From contig JAVECO010000102.1 of assembly GCA_051942205.1 (NCBI GenBank), positions 62,001 through 83,699 on the forward strand: DNA of 21,699 bases, read 5' to 3'. Below the pieces are notes generated by a model. It saw nothing but the letters and a program-made list of their open reading frames with translations, was not told where the DNA came from and did no database searches. The position numbers were made by a program, and so were the translations under genes. Positions 1 through 9,273 of the stretch are shown piece after piece (position 1 is the first letter of the stretch; every line of letters starts with the position of its first letter). The stretch is from Coniocarpon cinnabarinum. Its lineage: Eukaryota.

Positions 1-1
1 G

Positions 2-895
2 CAGCGATTCGCAAACGTTTGTCTTAAGCAGGATTGGTCTGCAATCCTCGCTGATCCTTCGACTCCCTTAGATATCGACTTTGACCAGACCTTTTTGTTA
101 TTCGACGAACAAGTCAAGAACCTTCGAAATGCATCTGTCAAGGTTGATTTGGTCAGTGTTCAAGCAGGGACCGAACGCGAACTGCTCAACTCATACCTCC
201 ACAACACCATGCAGGGAGCATCAACCAATCATACATGTTCTGAGCGGTTTGACTTTGTTGGCTTGTCAAATCTTGCAGAACACACCATTCATCTCAAAGA
301 AAACGCAACTGGATGTCTGTAGACATTAACAGCAATTGACCAAAACCGTGATGACCGCTTAATGTCAATCGACGGGTCTAATGAGAAGCCAGATAGTCTG
401 GTAAATTCAACAAGGAATGCACTCCTCCACAAACGCTCTGTCTTTCGATCGGTCAATCTCCAACTCGACAGTCTTGATAGACGAGCTCAAATCATTATCA
501 GTCTGGTCAGTCACTTTAGTTCCTTAGAGTTATGACAAAATATGCCTAACGGCGGTGAAAATTTACAGGCTTTCAATCTTACCACACAAGCTACTGCTGG
601 AGCCGCCTTGGATGACAGCCGCTCTATGAAGGTTCTCGCCATTCTCATTTTGACGTTCCTTCCCTTTGCATTGTTTATGGTAAGTCGTGCGAAATATATC
701 GAGTCACAAACAAGCGCAAGCTAATGCACGCGCAATAAAGCCCTCTTCAGCACCCCATTCTTTACATCAAATGAGGGTAACGTTGCGGTCGCAGAAAACT
801 TTTGGGTGTTTGGGGCAATTATAGTTTCCCTGGCCATGGCTATTCTGAGCCCAAGGGTTGCAGCGTATTTCTGTCTTCGTAGCGCGCGAACGTAA
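2..895 (+). pseudogene. 3' part of a fungal CorA-like (Mg2+ transporter C-terminal domain) gene, disrupted; 5' end lies outside the window
   Basis: The frame is open from 2 to 505 except for one TAG at 320-322. Intron 506-568 has GTCAGT, CTAAC and CAG. Exon 569-679 reads AFNLTTQ...DDSRSMKVLAILILTFLPFALFM. Intron 2 starts at 680 (GTAAGT, branch CTAAT 721-725). The last exon, 740-895, reads ALFSTPFF...ENFWVFGAIIVSLAMAIL. This DSxSMKxxAxxxxxFLP / FSTPFF / NFWxF two-TM pattern is typical of fungal CorA-like C-termini. The second acceptor is off by 1 nt. Confidence 0.7.
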
Positions 896-1270
896 GCCAC
901 GATCTGACCATTCTCAGGGGCAAGACATTGGGGAGCGCAGGGAAAGTGTGGTGCAGAAGAGGGTCTAGAACTCCACAGAATTGACAGACATGATGCAGCG
1001 TTATTTTTGCATCTAAGCCAAAATATACCAGTGTCAAGGCAGTTGATGGAATGGATGATGGTGTGAGGGTGTGAGCGTCTGTGGATTCTAGAATGCATAT
1101 CTGCCGATGACGTTGCCATCATTTGACTGTTTATCCCGGCAGGGTCAAAGAATAACTTTCCATAGTAGGTAGCTCCCAGCGCTGCTGCTTTCATCCACCC
1201 GCTCAGCTGAGTACCTAGTTGCATTGTGATAGAAGCAACAACGATTCTTACATCGCCGACTGCTTAGACA

Positions 1271-2243
1271 ATGGCTATGAAGAGAAAAGCCAGCACTGAA
1301 ATGGACGAAGATGTGCACGATCCAGAGTCCGCTAAGCGTCGAGAAATCAAGTCACCTCCGGAAGTCAATCAAGAAAATGATGCGACTGGATCCGAAAGCT
1401 CGAGCGTCGACGCATCACCCACACAGGCTAGCGATCCGGCACAAGCATCTCGTATCAATGCTCAACAAGCCCGTTTCGCTGCACTCAAAGCCCGTCAAAA
1501 TGATTCTCGAAAATCAAACCGCAAAGAAGCAGCGTTGGAATCTCAGCGCGCCTCGATCAACCCCGCTGCCATCAACGCCATACATCGCAAGAAGGCAGTC
1601 GCAGAGCAGAAACTAGCTCGAGCCGACGCGGAAGCAAATGGGGAGGATTACGAGCGCAAACGAGCTTGGGACTGGACCATCGACGAGAGCGAGCGGTGGG
1701 ACCGACGGATGGCGAAGAAAGAAAAGCACCGTGAGGATGTGGCTTTCGCAAGCTACGGGCAGGACGCGCGTAAGGTCTACAAACGGCAATTACGAGAGCT
1801 AGGCGGCCCCGATATTGAAGGGTATGAACGTGAGAAAGCTGAGGCCGTCAGCAAAGCTGCGAATGATGGTAGATTGGATCTTGTGGAGAAGGAGAATGGG
1901 GAGATTGTGGCGGTGGACCGTGATGGCACGTGGTTAGGCGGCCGGGAAGGGGTTGATCTTCTTGGAAAAGGCAAGGTCGAGAAAGAGAAAGTTGACAAAT
2001 TGGTGTCGGAGTTGAAAAAGGCGGAGGAGGTGCGATTACGCAAGATGCGACAGCGCAAAGGCGACGAGGATGAAGATGTCACGTACATCAACGACAAGAA
2101 CAAGGTACGTCAAAATTGCACTGTCCTTGGTTCAATCAACCAACTGACCGTATCTTTAGCAATTCAACCAGAAATTGGCACGCTTCTACAACAAATACAC
2201 GACAGACATTCGGGACTCATTCGAACGAGGAACAGCGTTATGA
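1271..2243 (+). CDS. SYF2: Pre-mRNA splicing factor Syf2 (Prp19/NTC component), 305 aa; exons 1271-2104 and 2160-2243
   Basis: Contains the motif GEDYERKRAWDWTIDESERWD. Intron 2105-2159 (GTACGT, CTGAC, TAG) restores the canonical C-terminus DVTYINDKNK|QFNQKLARFYNKYTTDIRDSFERGTAL*. Confidence 0.95.
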
Positions 2244-2318
2244 TCCGTATCAAATTCGGAGTGGCATTCTTCAAGACTGCAATATCTTACACATTGCCAA
2301 CCTGATATATGAGCACAC

Positions 2319-3360
2319 TCATAGCATGCCTTTGCGCCAGGCCGTATTTGCTAGCGACTCAATCATGGCGGTATCAATGACACCCTTTTGATCGTCGTCA
2401 TCGACGGCCTCCACAACTGCTTCTGCAACTACATCCGCTTTCAAGGGCTTTGTGCCACCTGCACCCATGAGACTGGATAACCGACCGCCTGTCAGGCTGT
2501 TTGCCATGGCGCCCATTGCCGTTGCGCCAGCCAGACCCAAGGTGATCGTGCGACTCGAGTCGTATAGCATTCCTGGCCGAATGAAGACTGGCCGCATGTT
2601 GACAAACTGACTCGCAATCTGTTCCTCGGCCTCACGCTTGGTCTTGATGTACCTCTCTGGCAGAACGGGCGCGCCGGCAGCGGCGCTGATATACGCAAAG
2701 GTATTTGCACCTGCATCATTTGCCGCTCTGGCCAGCCCCACTGCACTGTCTCGATTCATGATCTCATACGTCAATTGTCCATCCGACTCTTGTGGTGTGA
2801 GCTGGGCATCTTTATCGACCGACAGCGGGTTCTGAGTGCCCTTCTTGACTGAGGAGAAAGCTCGCTGCAGGCCCGTAATGGGATTGACCTGTCCAGTGAG
2901 GACACCTTTGTAGTCTGCTTCGAAGAGGATGCCCATGCTGTGAACCACGGCGTTGGCGGAAGACAAGAGGGAGTGGTAGCTGGCGGGGTTGAGTATGTCG
3001 GCCTTGGCCCACTGCACGGAGGTCGACCATGGCGGTGGCGAGGCAGAGGAGGTCACGCTGTCCCACTTGGGCTCTCCAGAGCGGCTAGTGATGACAATCA
3101 GTCTTGGTGGACAAAGTAGGGCGAATGACGCGAGCAAGGGCACCTGATCGAAATGACCTCCCAGCCTCGAGTAACCGCTGCTTTACATATCCTGCTGCCT
3201 GTGCAAGTTCCTGAAATTAGTGCAAAGTCCCATCTCGCAACTTCAAGCGCGGACGCGGCCAATGACACGCATCGTGCCTGCTCGAAGTGCAGTGAAGCTC
3301 ACCCAGGAAGCCATTTCCACCCGCGACCACGATTTTCTTCTTCACCTGCGAAGTGGCCAT
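2319..3360 (-). CDS. COQ11: Mitochondrial atypical SDR / NAD(P)-binding protein, Coq11 (YLR290C)-like, 292 aa; exons 3360-3303, 3198-3144, 3084-2319
   Basis: The spliced N-terminus MATSQVKKKIVVAGGNGFLGSRICKAAVTRGWEVISISRSGEPKW carries the Rossmann GGNGFLG motif. Other motifs are VVHSMGIL, TYEIMNRDSA, FAYISA, RYIKTKREAE and RPGMLYD. Introns are 3302-3199 (GTGAGC, CTAAT, CAG) and 3143-3085 (GTGCCC, CTGAT, TAG). Confidence 0.88.
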
Positions 3361-3557
3361 CTTCTGCCTTGCGCCACCTGCTATGACCTATCGCAGCATG
3401 ACTTTGCGTTGTAAGGCATTACTACAAGTTTGCTATGAAACAACACAGAGCCTCAAGCCAGCAGTTGGAAAATACAACAACTGGCAGGTATTGACGTAAA
3501 GGGCTGCCGGAAGTGGAGCTGCCTTGCAGGGAAGCGAGATCTTAGCGTGCCGTCGGA
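3361..3557. promoter_or_regulatory. Short (197 bp) head-to-head intergenic region, probable bidirectional promoter
   Basis: The COQ11-like ATG (3360, -) diverges from the predicted orphan ATG (3558, +). No specific binding site was identified. Confidence 0.4.
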
Positions 3558-5129
3558 ATGGCGCTAGGTCAGGTACGTTTCGGGCTTCTCGTTTTCGCAA
3601 ACACTTCGCCTCTTCGTCGCCGTGCTCTTACGGGCGTCTCTCCACAACCTCGAATGACAACAACCCGCGAATCGACTGACGCCTGTATTCAAGAATCCAA
3701 AGAAATCGAACGCCCGCGCCTTCAAGGCTAATGCCGCGCTTCCAACACCTGAAGAGCGAGTAACTCAATCTTTAGCCACTGCCAAGAGGCGCAGCGTAGC
3801 AGCTACAGACGCTTCAACATCATCATTCGACTCTGCTCACCCTTTGCCCCGGACCGAGGAATTTGGTCCCTCAAAACAGGCCGGCAAACGCCAAATTCGG
3901 AGACCTGCTCGTTTTGCCGGCGACCTTTACGTCGATCCAGTTACTTCTGTCATTGAGCACGGATCAACCAACGGTGAGTCCCAGTCTGCTGCAAAACCCC
4001 GGCCAAAGTCAAGACCCAAACAGAAGAGAATCCAAGAGCAACCAAGGGATCAAGAGACTTTCCGTTCAACATCCCAACCGAGCCTTCCCGTTACTCAGCA
4101 GGCTAAGCAAGCCTCGCCTGACGTCTGGAGAGGCTGGTCTAAGCAACCAAAGTCTCCTTGTCGTCTGCATGAGCGATACGCTCGCTCAGGCCAGTCGACA
4201 GCATCCATCCGTACAAGTCCTGATGTGACGCCCCCCATCAGCTCTTTCTCGGTTCCATACCTAGAGCCTTTTCAAGAGCCTGGTTACTCAGATCTTGTTG
4301 AGAGCGAAGGTGTCCCACAGTCCCTCAATCCTCTCGAAGCCACCGAGCAAGAAATTCGCGTGCTTTACGTTTCTGAGCTTGCCGACCCGCGATGGCCGCC
4401 GACGACTCAATTTCGCCAGTCTGAAAGACCTGAAGCAAGTGAGATCAACCGATCTGTTTCACCCAATCTATTCAGGCCAATCACGTTGTCAAAGACTGTT
4501 CCAGAATCATCTCAAATTCTTGGAGACCTTGTGCAATCACAAACTTCGCGGGCAACGTCTGTCGATCTGCCCAGAGCATTCAGTTCTGACCAGTCACTAG
4601 TTCTAGGTTCCGAAAACATCCTCTCGCTGGCCCCTCAGCCTCATCGTCAGCCACTTAAAGCACACCGCATTGGCTCAGCTGGTGGAAGAACTCGGTCACC
4701 GACATCCAGGCTCCTCAAGCGTGGTGCGGCGCGCGCTGACAGACCATTGCAAACCACTAAGCGCGGTTGTTTGGGTATTCCTGGAAACGTAATAGCAGGC
4801 AGAGATAAGCGCGCACAAGGCGTGTTTCACTTCCAGCAGAATAGCGACGACGTCGTCTTTGAGCAGACCGACAGGTCCCTGAACGCGCAATTCTTTGTGG
4901 ATGAGGAGAACGATCCACACGCAGCAGTTCAATTCATCGAGAGATACCCCTGTTCACAAGTAAGCAGCGACCCATTTTGATAGTCCATGTTGCTATTTGA
5001 ATACCTTATTAATTTTCTTGGCCTGTGCTAAGCTTGATACATCGTTTCCTGCTGCAGTCTGGAAAGTTCGTGTGCCACACCATTGTCACACAACTGAGTT
5101 CGGCTCATCTGTCTTCGTCCAATCACTAA
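3558..5129 (+). CDS. Hypothetical Ser/Pro/Arg-rich, largely disordered protein, ~450 aa; exons 3558-3572, 3694-4959, 5058-5129
   Basis: The frame is open from 3658 to 4980 but lacks an early ATG. Exon 1 (MALGQ) joins it through intron 3573-3693 (GTACGT, CTGAC, AAG). A second intron, 4960-5057 (GTAAGC...CAG), gives a last exon SGKFVCHTIVTQLSSAHLSSSNH*. No domain was recognised, and the 3' end is uncertain because the unspliced stop is at 4978-4980. Confidence 0.55.
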
Positions 5130-5141
5130 AAAGCCTGCAAA

Positions 5142-6201
5142 ATGCCCGCTTCACAACCAAAACGTGTGAAAGTAAGTGAAACCATCCTCGAACGCCACCC
5201 TGCGTAGCATCACCGTGTCAGACTCCATTTACACGATCGCAATATACCTCCACACCCATCCTCGAATCCGATACCGCATTTTTAGAACTGGTATGCTTAT
5301 GATTCTCTAGAGTAAACGCATCACTCGGCCACTTCTCATCGGTTCCGAGTCATGGCCTCTCACGCCCTCTCTTCGCACGTCCTCGACGCCCGCAGATCAC
5401 ACAAAAGGCTGGCGGGTGTACGTCGCACCACTTCCGCGCCATCCTCACCTAACAAGCTACATTAAGAAAGTTCAATTCAAAATCTTTCACACCTACGCGA
5501 CGCCCGTCCGCGTCGTGGAAGAGCCCCCCTTCGAGATCCGAGAAACAGGCTGGGGTGGTTTTCTCGTCGACATTAAGATCTTCTTCGTACCGGAAGCGGG
5601 CGCAAAACCTGAATCGCGCACGCACTTCTTGCAGCTGGAGCCGTACGGTGATGCGGAGATGCGGGAGAAGCAGGAGAAAGAGGGCATCGTAAGGAGTGAG
5701 GTGTTGGAAGTGGTAGAGTTCAACGAGCCGACGGAGGCGTTGTGGGATATTTTGACGAGCGAGGAGCAGTTTTTGGACCCGAACAGGAAGAAGGGCAAGG
5801 GCAAGGGGAAAGGCAAGGGGCGGGCGTCGCAGGCAGAGGAGGTCTTGCCGGGGCAGGGGACTGTGGATTTGCCTGCTCGCGGTGAGGTCAGTCGAGAGAC
5901 GGAGAAGATGAACTTGGAAATGGTGAAGAAGGCCACGGCGGAAGTGGCGGGGCTCAAGACAGAGACGGAGAAGAGGCTGGAGGAGGTATTACGCGGTATT
6001 GAGGAGTTGAAGGCCAAGCGCGAGGGTGGAGTCGGGCACGCTAATGGTACAGAAGCCAAGGAGAATGGTGAGGCTGCTGGAGCTGACGGAGAAGTAGCGA
6101 CCAACGGCGATAGCGGCGAAAATGCGGCGAGAGAGGGTGCTGAGGATAACGGGGTCATGGAGAGTAGAGAAGCGATGCAGGGCGTTGAAGTGACTGGTTG
6201 A
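5142..6201 (+). CDS. YAF9: YEATS-domain protein Yaf9 (NuA4/SWR1 subunit), 306 aa; exons 5142-5171 and 5311-6201
   Basis: The spliced start reads MPASQPKRVK|SKRITRPLLIGSE...DHTKGWRVYV, followed by the YEATS core IKKVQFKIFHTYATPVRVVEEPPFEIRETGWGGF and EFNEPTE, a KGKGKG stretch and a C-terminal coiled coil. The intron is 5172-5310 (GTAAGT...TAG). Confidence 0.93.
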
Positions 6202-7073
6202 GCGTCAAGAGCTTACTATTGCCATTGGAATAGTTGGGCACGCCTATTCGCAAACGATAACACCGGTGTGTATGACAGCTACCAGTAGCGCATCTGACAT
6301 TACGACCTCGGACACTATGAACATCCTTGCCGCATTCTTCTACCATTCAGAACCTCGAGTGCATTGGTATGCCGCTGCTAAGTCAATACTAGGTTTTTAT
6401 TGTGGAGGCATGCACTTTGACTTTTAGGCCAACTTTGCTTCGCGTTTGGTGTTTCCCTGGGACGTTTCGTGATGTCAAGAAGCTAATCATCATGATACAA
6501 CAACAGCTCCAGTTGCTGATATCAACAGCGAGTCTCAGCAAGATAGGTACAAGGTTGGTCCCAAATACATGACGCTGTATAAAGCGCGGACTCGTTCGTT
6601 GCTCACTTTTTCTTTTCCCTTTCTTCAACACCGGTCTTGAACTTCCTCGCATAGTGTCAACTGTATTAGAGATTATCTTTGACACATCTTCCTCGTCACG
6701 ATCATTCGATTAGTCACAATGTAAGTCTTGCATCTCCTGATGATCTATACACAGCACAAGTACGACTTGAAGCAATAGTATCTCGTACCTCTGTTTTGTA
6801 ACGAATAACCATGACTTTATTGTGTTGGAAATGCGACCACACCATCCCACATCCAAGGTGGCAAAATCACCATCATTCGCTCAGGATAACAGCACGTCAT
6901 CATGCTCTCTTTACACTATTAAGTCATTCTTGTCCCTCAACGCATGCCCACCACCACACTTCACCAACCACAACCACCCCCGTTCCAGACAATCCCCTAT
7001 TTCCTCCCACTACCAAACCCCACCACACCCTTCTCCGGCAAACCCACCATCAATCCTACGTCTCAAACTAACA

Positions 7074-8099
7074 ATGTATCAAAGGGGCGCCTGGTGGTCC
7101 TCCTGGAAAACCTTCTTCTACATCCTCGTCGCCCTCAAAGCGCGCAGTCCCACCTCACAGCCGGAGCTTGCTCTCAACAACGCCGACTCCGCGGAGTACA
7201 ATGCGGTTTCTCGCGTTTTTGTACCGGCGGAGGCGCTGAAGAGTATGCCTGGGTTGGCGAGGGAGAAGCCGTGGCGGCGGTGTAGGGATGAGAATGGTAT
7301 GTTTGTGTTTTGCGTTTCATTTTTGTGTCTTTCGTAGTGGGAGTGGTTTAGTTGGGGGATTTTTTGTTGTTGCGAGGTTTGGGTCTTGCAGAGCCTTCGA
7401 AGGCGGTGGTTTCACAGGTTATGTCGACCGAGATTACGGCGAATATTGTTTTCGTTGTATAATGACATACATTTAGAGAGAGGAAGTTTGCTAACATAGA
7501 GCACAGGCACAATCCACACCCTTTTCGAAAGAAAAGGACTCGAAACGGGTAAAAAGATCCAAGATCCCGAATGGATCGCCGTCAACACCAGGTATCTATC
7601 ACTCCTTCAACACCTCCCTCCCCAGTATAACGCTACTTACACGTCTCAACAGCGTCTTGACACCCGAAATCAAAGACGCAGCATCAAGCACAGCCCTCTA
7701 CAACTTCGCCTGGCTCGAGACCTGGGCACAGTCGGAAGCAGCTAAGAATGCTTCGTCGAAAGTAGAGGCGCGTGCCGTGAATGCTTTACAAGTACGCTAT
7801 TTCCTTACAATACCTATATGCTATCACAGTGGAGGTACTGACGAGGTTTATAGACACAGACGAGTCGCACAACCCGCGCGATCAACGCGGTGATCCAGAA
7901 AATGGCAGACGTCAAAATCGAGCGGAAGACGTTGACGGATGTGGGGATGTTGGCGGAGGCGGATGTTCAGAATCAGCAGGATCTGATGCAAGCGTTTCGG
8001 CGGGAGTTGCCTGTTTTGCCGGGGATTTTGGAGGCGCAGGTGGATGAGCAGGGGAGGGTGCTGTTGCGGTGTCCGGAGGGGTATGGGAAGGGGCGTTGA
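7074..8099 (+). CDS. Hypothetical protein, 230 aa; exons 7074-7296, 7507-7591, 7653-7791, 7854-8099
   Basis: The start context is ACAATG. Three introns join four exons into one uninterrupted frame: 7297-7506 (GTATGT, CTAAC, CAG), 7592-7652 (GTATCT, CTTAC, CAG) and 7792-7853 (GTACGC, CTGAC, TAG). No family was recognised. Confidence 0.7.
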
Positions 8100-8400
8100 G
8101 GAGGGTGAAGCAGGGGTCAGGTGGAGGTATGGGTAGAGAAATGCAGAGGCGTGATACTGACACGTGGCGGGGTGCGGTAAACGGGGGACGCAGTTAGTTG
8201 TGTGTATGATGATTTTGTGTTAGAGGTCAGGGAGTGGCTTTGTCACTGCATTCACGGTGTGTTTTAGAGAGGCGTCTGACTGCCCTCTACAGCCTACGCT
8301 GCACATTATAAGCTCGCACAAAACTGCGGATACGGCTGCATATGCCACTTCGAAAGAAGGTTGGATATGATTCCATTTCTCGAATGTGCTCTTCAAAGTG

Positions 8401-9273
8401 TCATCGCTTCCCAGTGAAGGATCCATAATACTCCACAGGCACATAAATCTTCTCTTCCACGACACCCCTTTGATCGGGCGCCGCTTTGCTCCTCTCCCCT
8501 CTCACCGCCAACTCCGCACGTCTCTGGACGTTACCCCCCTCGAGCTCCACGCGTTCCCAGCTCTCCAGCTCAGGTACAGGCGGTGGTTGCGGACTCCTTG
8601 GCATGAGTCCATCGGGGACTTGTTTCCTTTCCTCGTTCCGCCGTCTTCGCCGCCGCCACAGTAAATTCCCCACATATACGAGAATCCCGAGCGCGGCACA
8701 GATGCCCGCCACGATGCCCGCGATAGCCCCAGCACCTAATCCATTACTACTGCCGCCACCGCTCGCACCCGTTTGCCCATTATGACTCGCCCCAAAAGAC
8801 CCGGAACTCCCCGCCGAGACATTTGCGCTCCGTTCCGGCTCGAGGTAGAACGCCGGCGTGTAATTGAAATAACCGCCCGCGTCCGCGATGAGGAAGTAGA
8901 ACGGCGCCCCCTCCGTGATGTTGTCGTAGCCCTGCGGCGTCCACGTGTAGAGATAGCTGGTCGAATTATCGAGCATGTTCGAAGCCAGGACGGCGCGGTC
9001 GTCGAGGGAGGCCATGAGGTTCAGCTGGAAGGGAGGGGTGCAATGCCCCAGACAGTCCCAGGTGAGTTGTTCGGGCTGGGTCTGGTCGGTGGAGGCGTTG
9101 TAGGTGAAGGTTTTGGCGGAGGTGAAGTCGTGGGAGTTGGCGAAGATGGGGCCGGCGGTGCTGTTGCTGGGGTTGCGGAGGGTGAACTGGGCGGTTGTCG
9201 GGCTCGTGAGGGAGGCGAGGAGGATGAGGAAGGGGAGGAGCGCGCGGAGCGGTGCGAGGGGTGGTGGGAGCAT
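8401..9273 (-). CDS. Type I single-pass cell-surface protein with a Kre9/KNH-like (Ser-Thr-rich GPI-anchored family) ectodomain, 290 aa, no introns
   Basis: Signal peptide MLPPPLAPLRALLPFLILLASLTSPTTA. The ectodomain shows the pattern LTW...LASN...SYLYTWTP...FNYTPAFYL with several N-x-S/T sites. A Gly/Ser linker precedes the TM GAIAGIVAGICAALGILVYVGNLL, then WRRRRRR and a tail with ELE/ELEG/AEL repeats. The family call is by eye. Confidence 0.8.
   Translation of the reverse strand: MLPPPLAPLRALLPFLILLASLTSPTTAQFTLRNPSNSTAGPIFANSHDFTSAKTFTYNASTDQTQPEQLTWDCLGHCTPPFQLNLMASLDDRAVLASNMLDNSTSYLYTWTPQGYDNITEGAPFYFLIADAGGYFNYTPAFYLEPERSANVSAGSSGSFGASHNGQTGASGGGSSNGLGAGAIAGIVAGICAALGILVYVGNLLWRRRRRRNEERKQVPDGLMPRSPQPPPVPELESWERVELEGGNVQRRAELAVRGERSKAAPDQRGVVEEKIYVPVEYYGSFTGKR

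Noticed and set aside
721..1224. 167-aa minus-strand ORF
   Set aside because: It is partly antisense to the CorA-like last exon, has no recognisable motifs, and starts only 46 bp from the SYF2 ATG. Not supported as a gene.
5493..6158. 221-aa minus-strand ORF
   Set aside because: Antisense shadow of the purine-rich YAF9 CDS.
6389..6685. 98-aa minus-strand ORF between YAF9 and the 4-exon gene
   Set aside because: GTG start in a eukaryote, no domain, and no splice model found.
6811..7073. His/Pro/Thr-rich ORFs and CAC/CCA-rich tract
   Set aside because: Low-complexity C/A-skewed 5' leader of the gene at 7074. The ORFs stay open because of composition.
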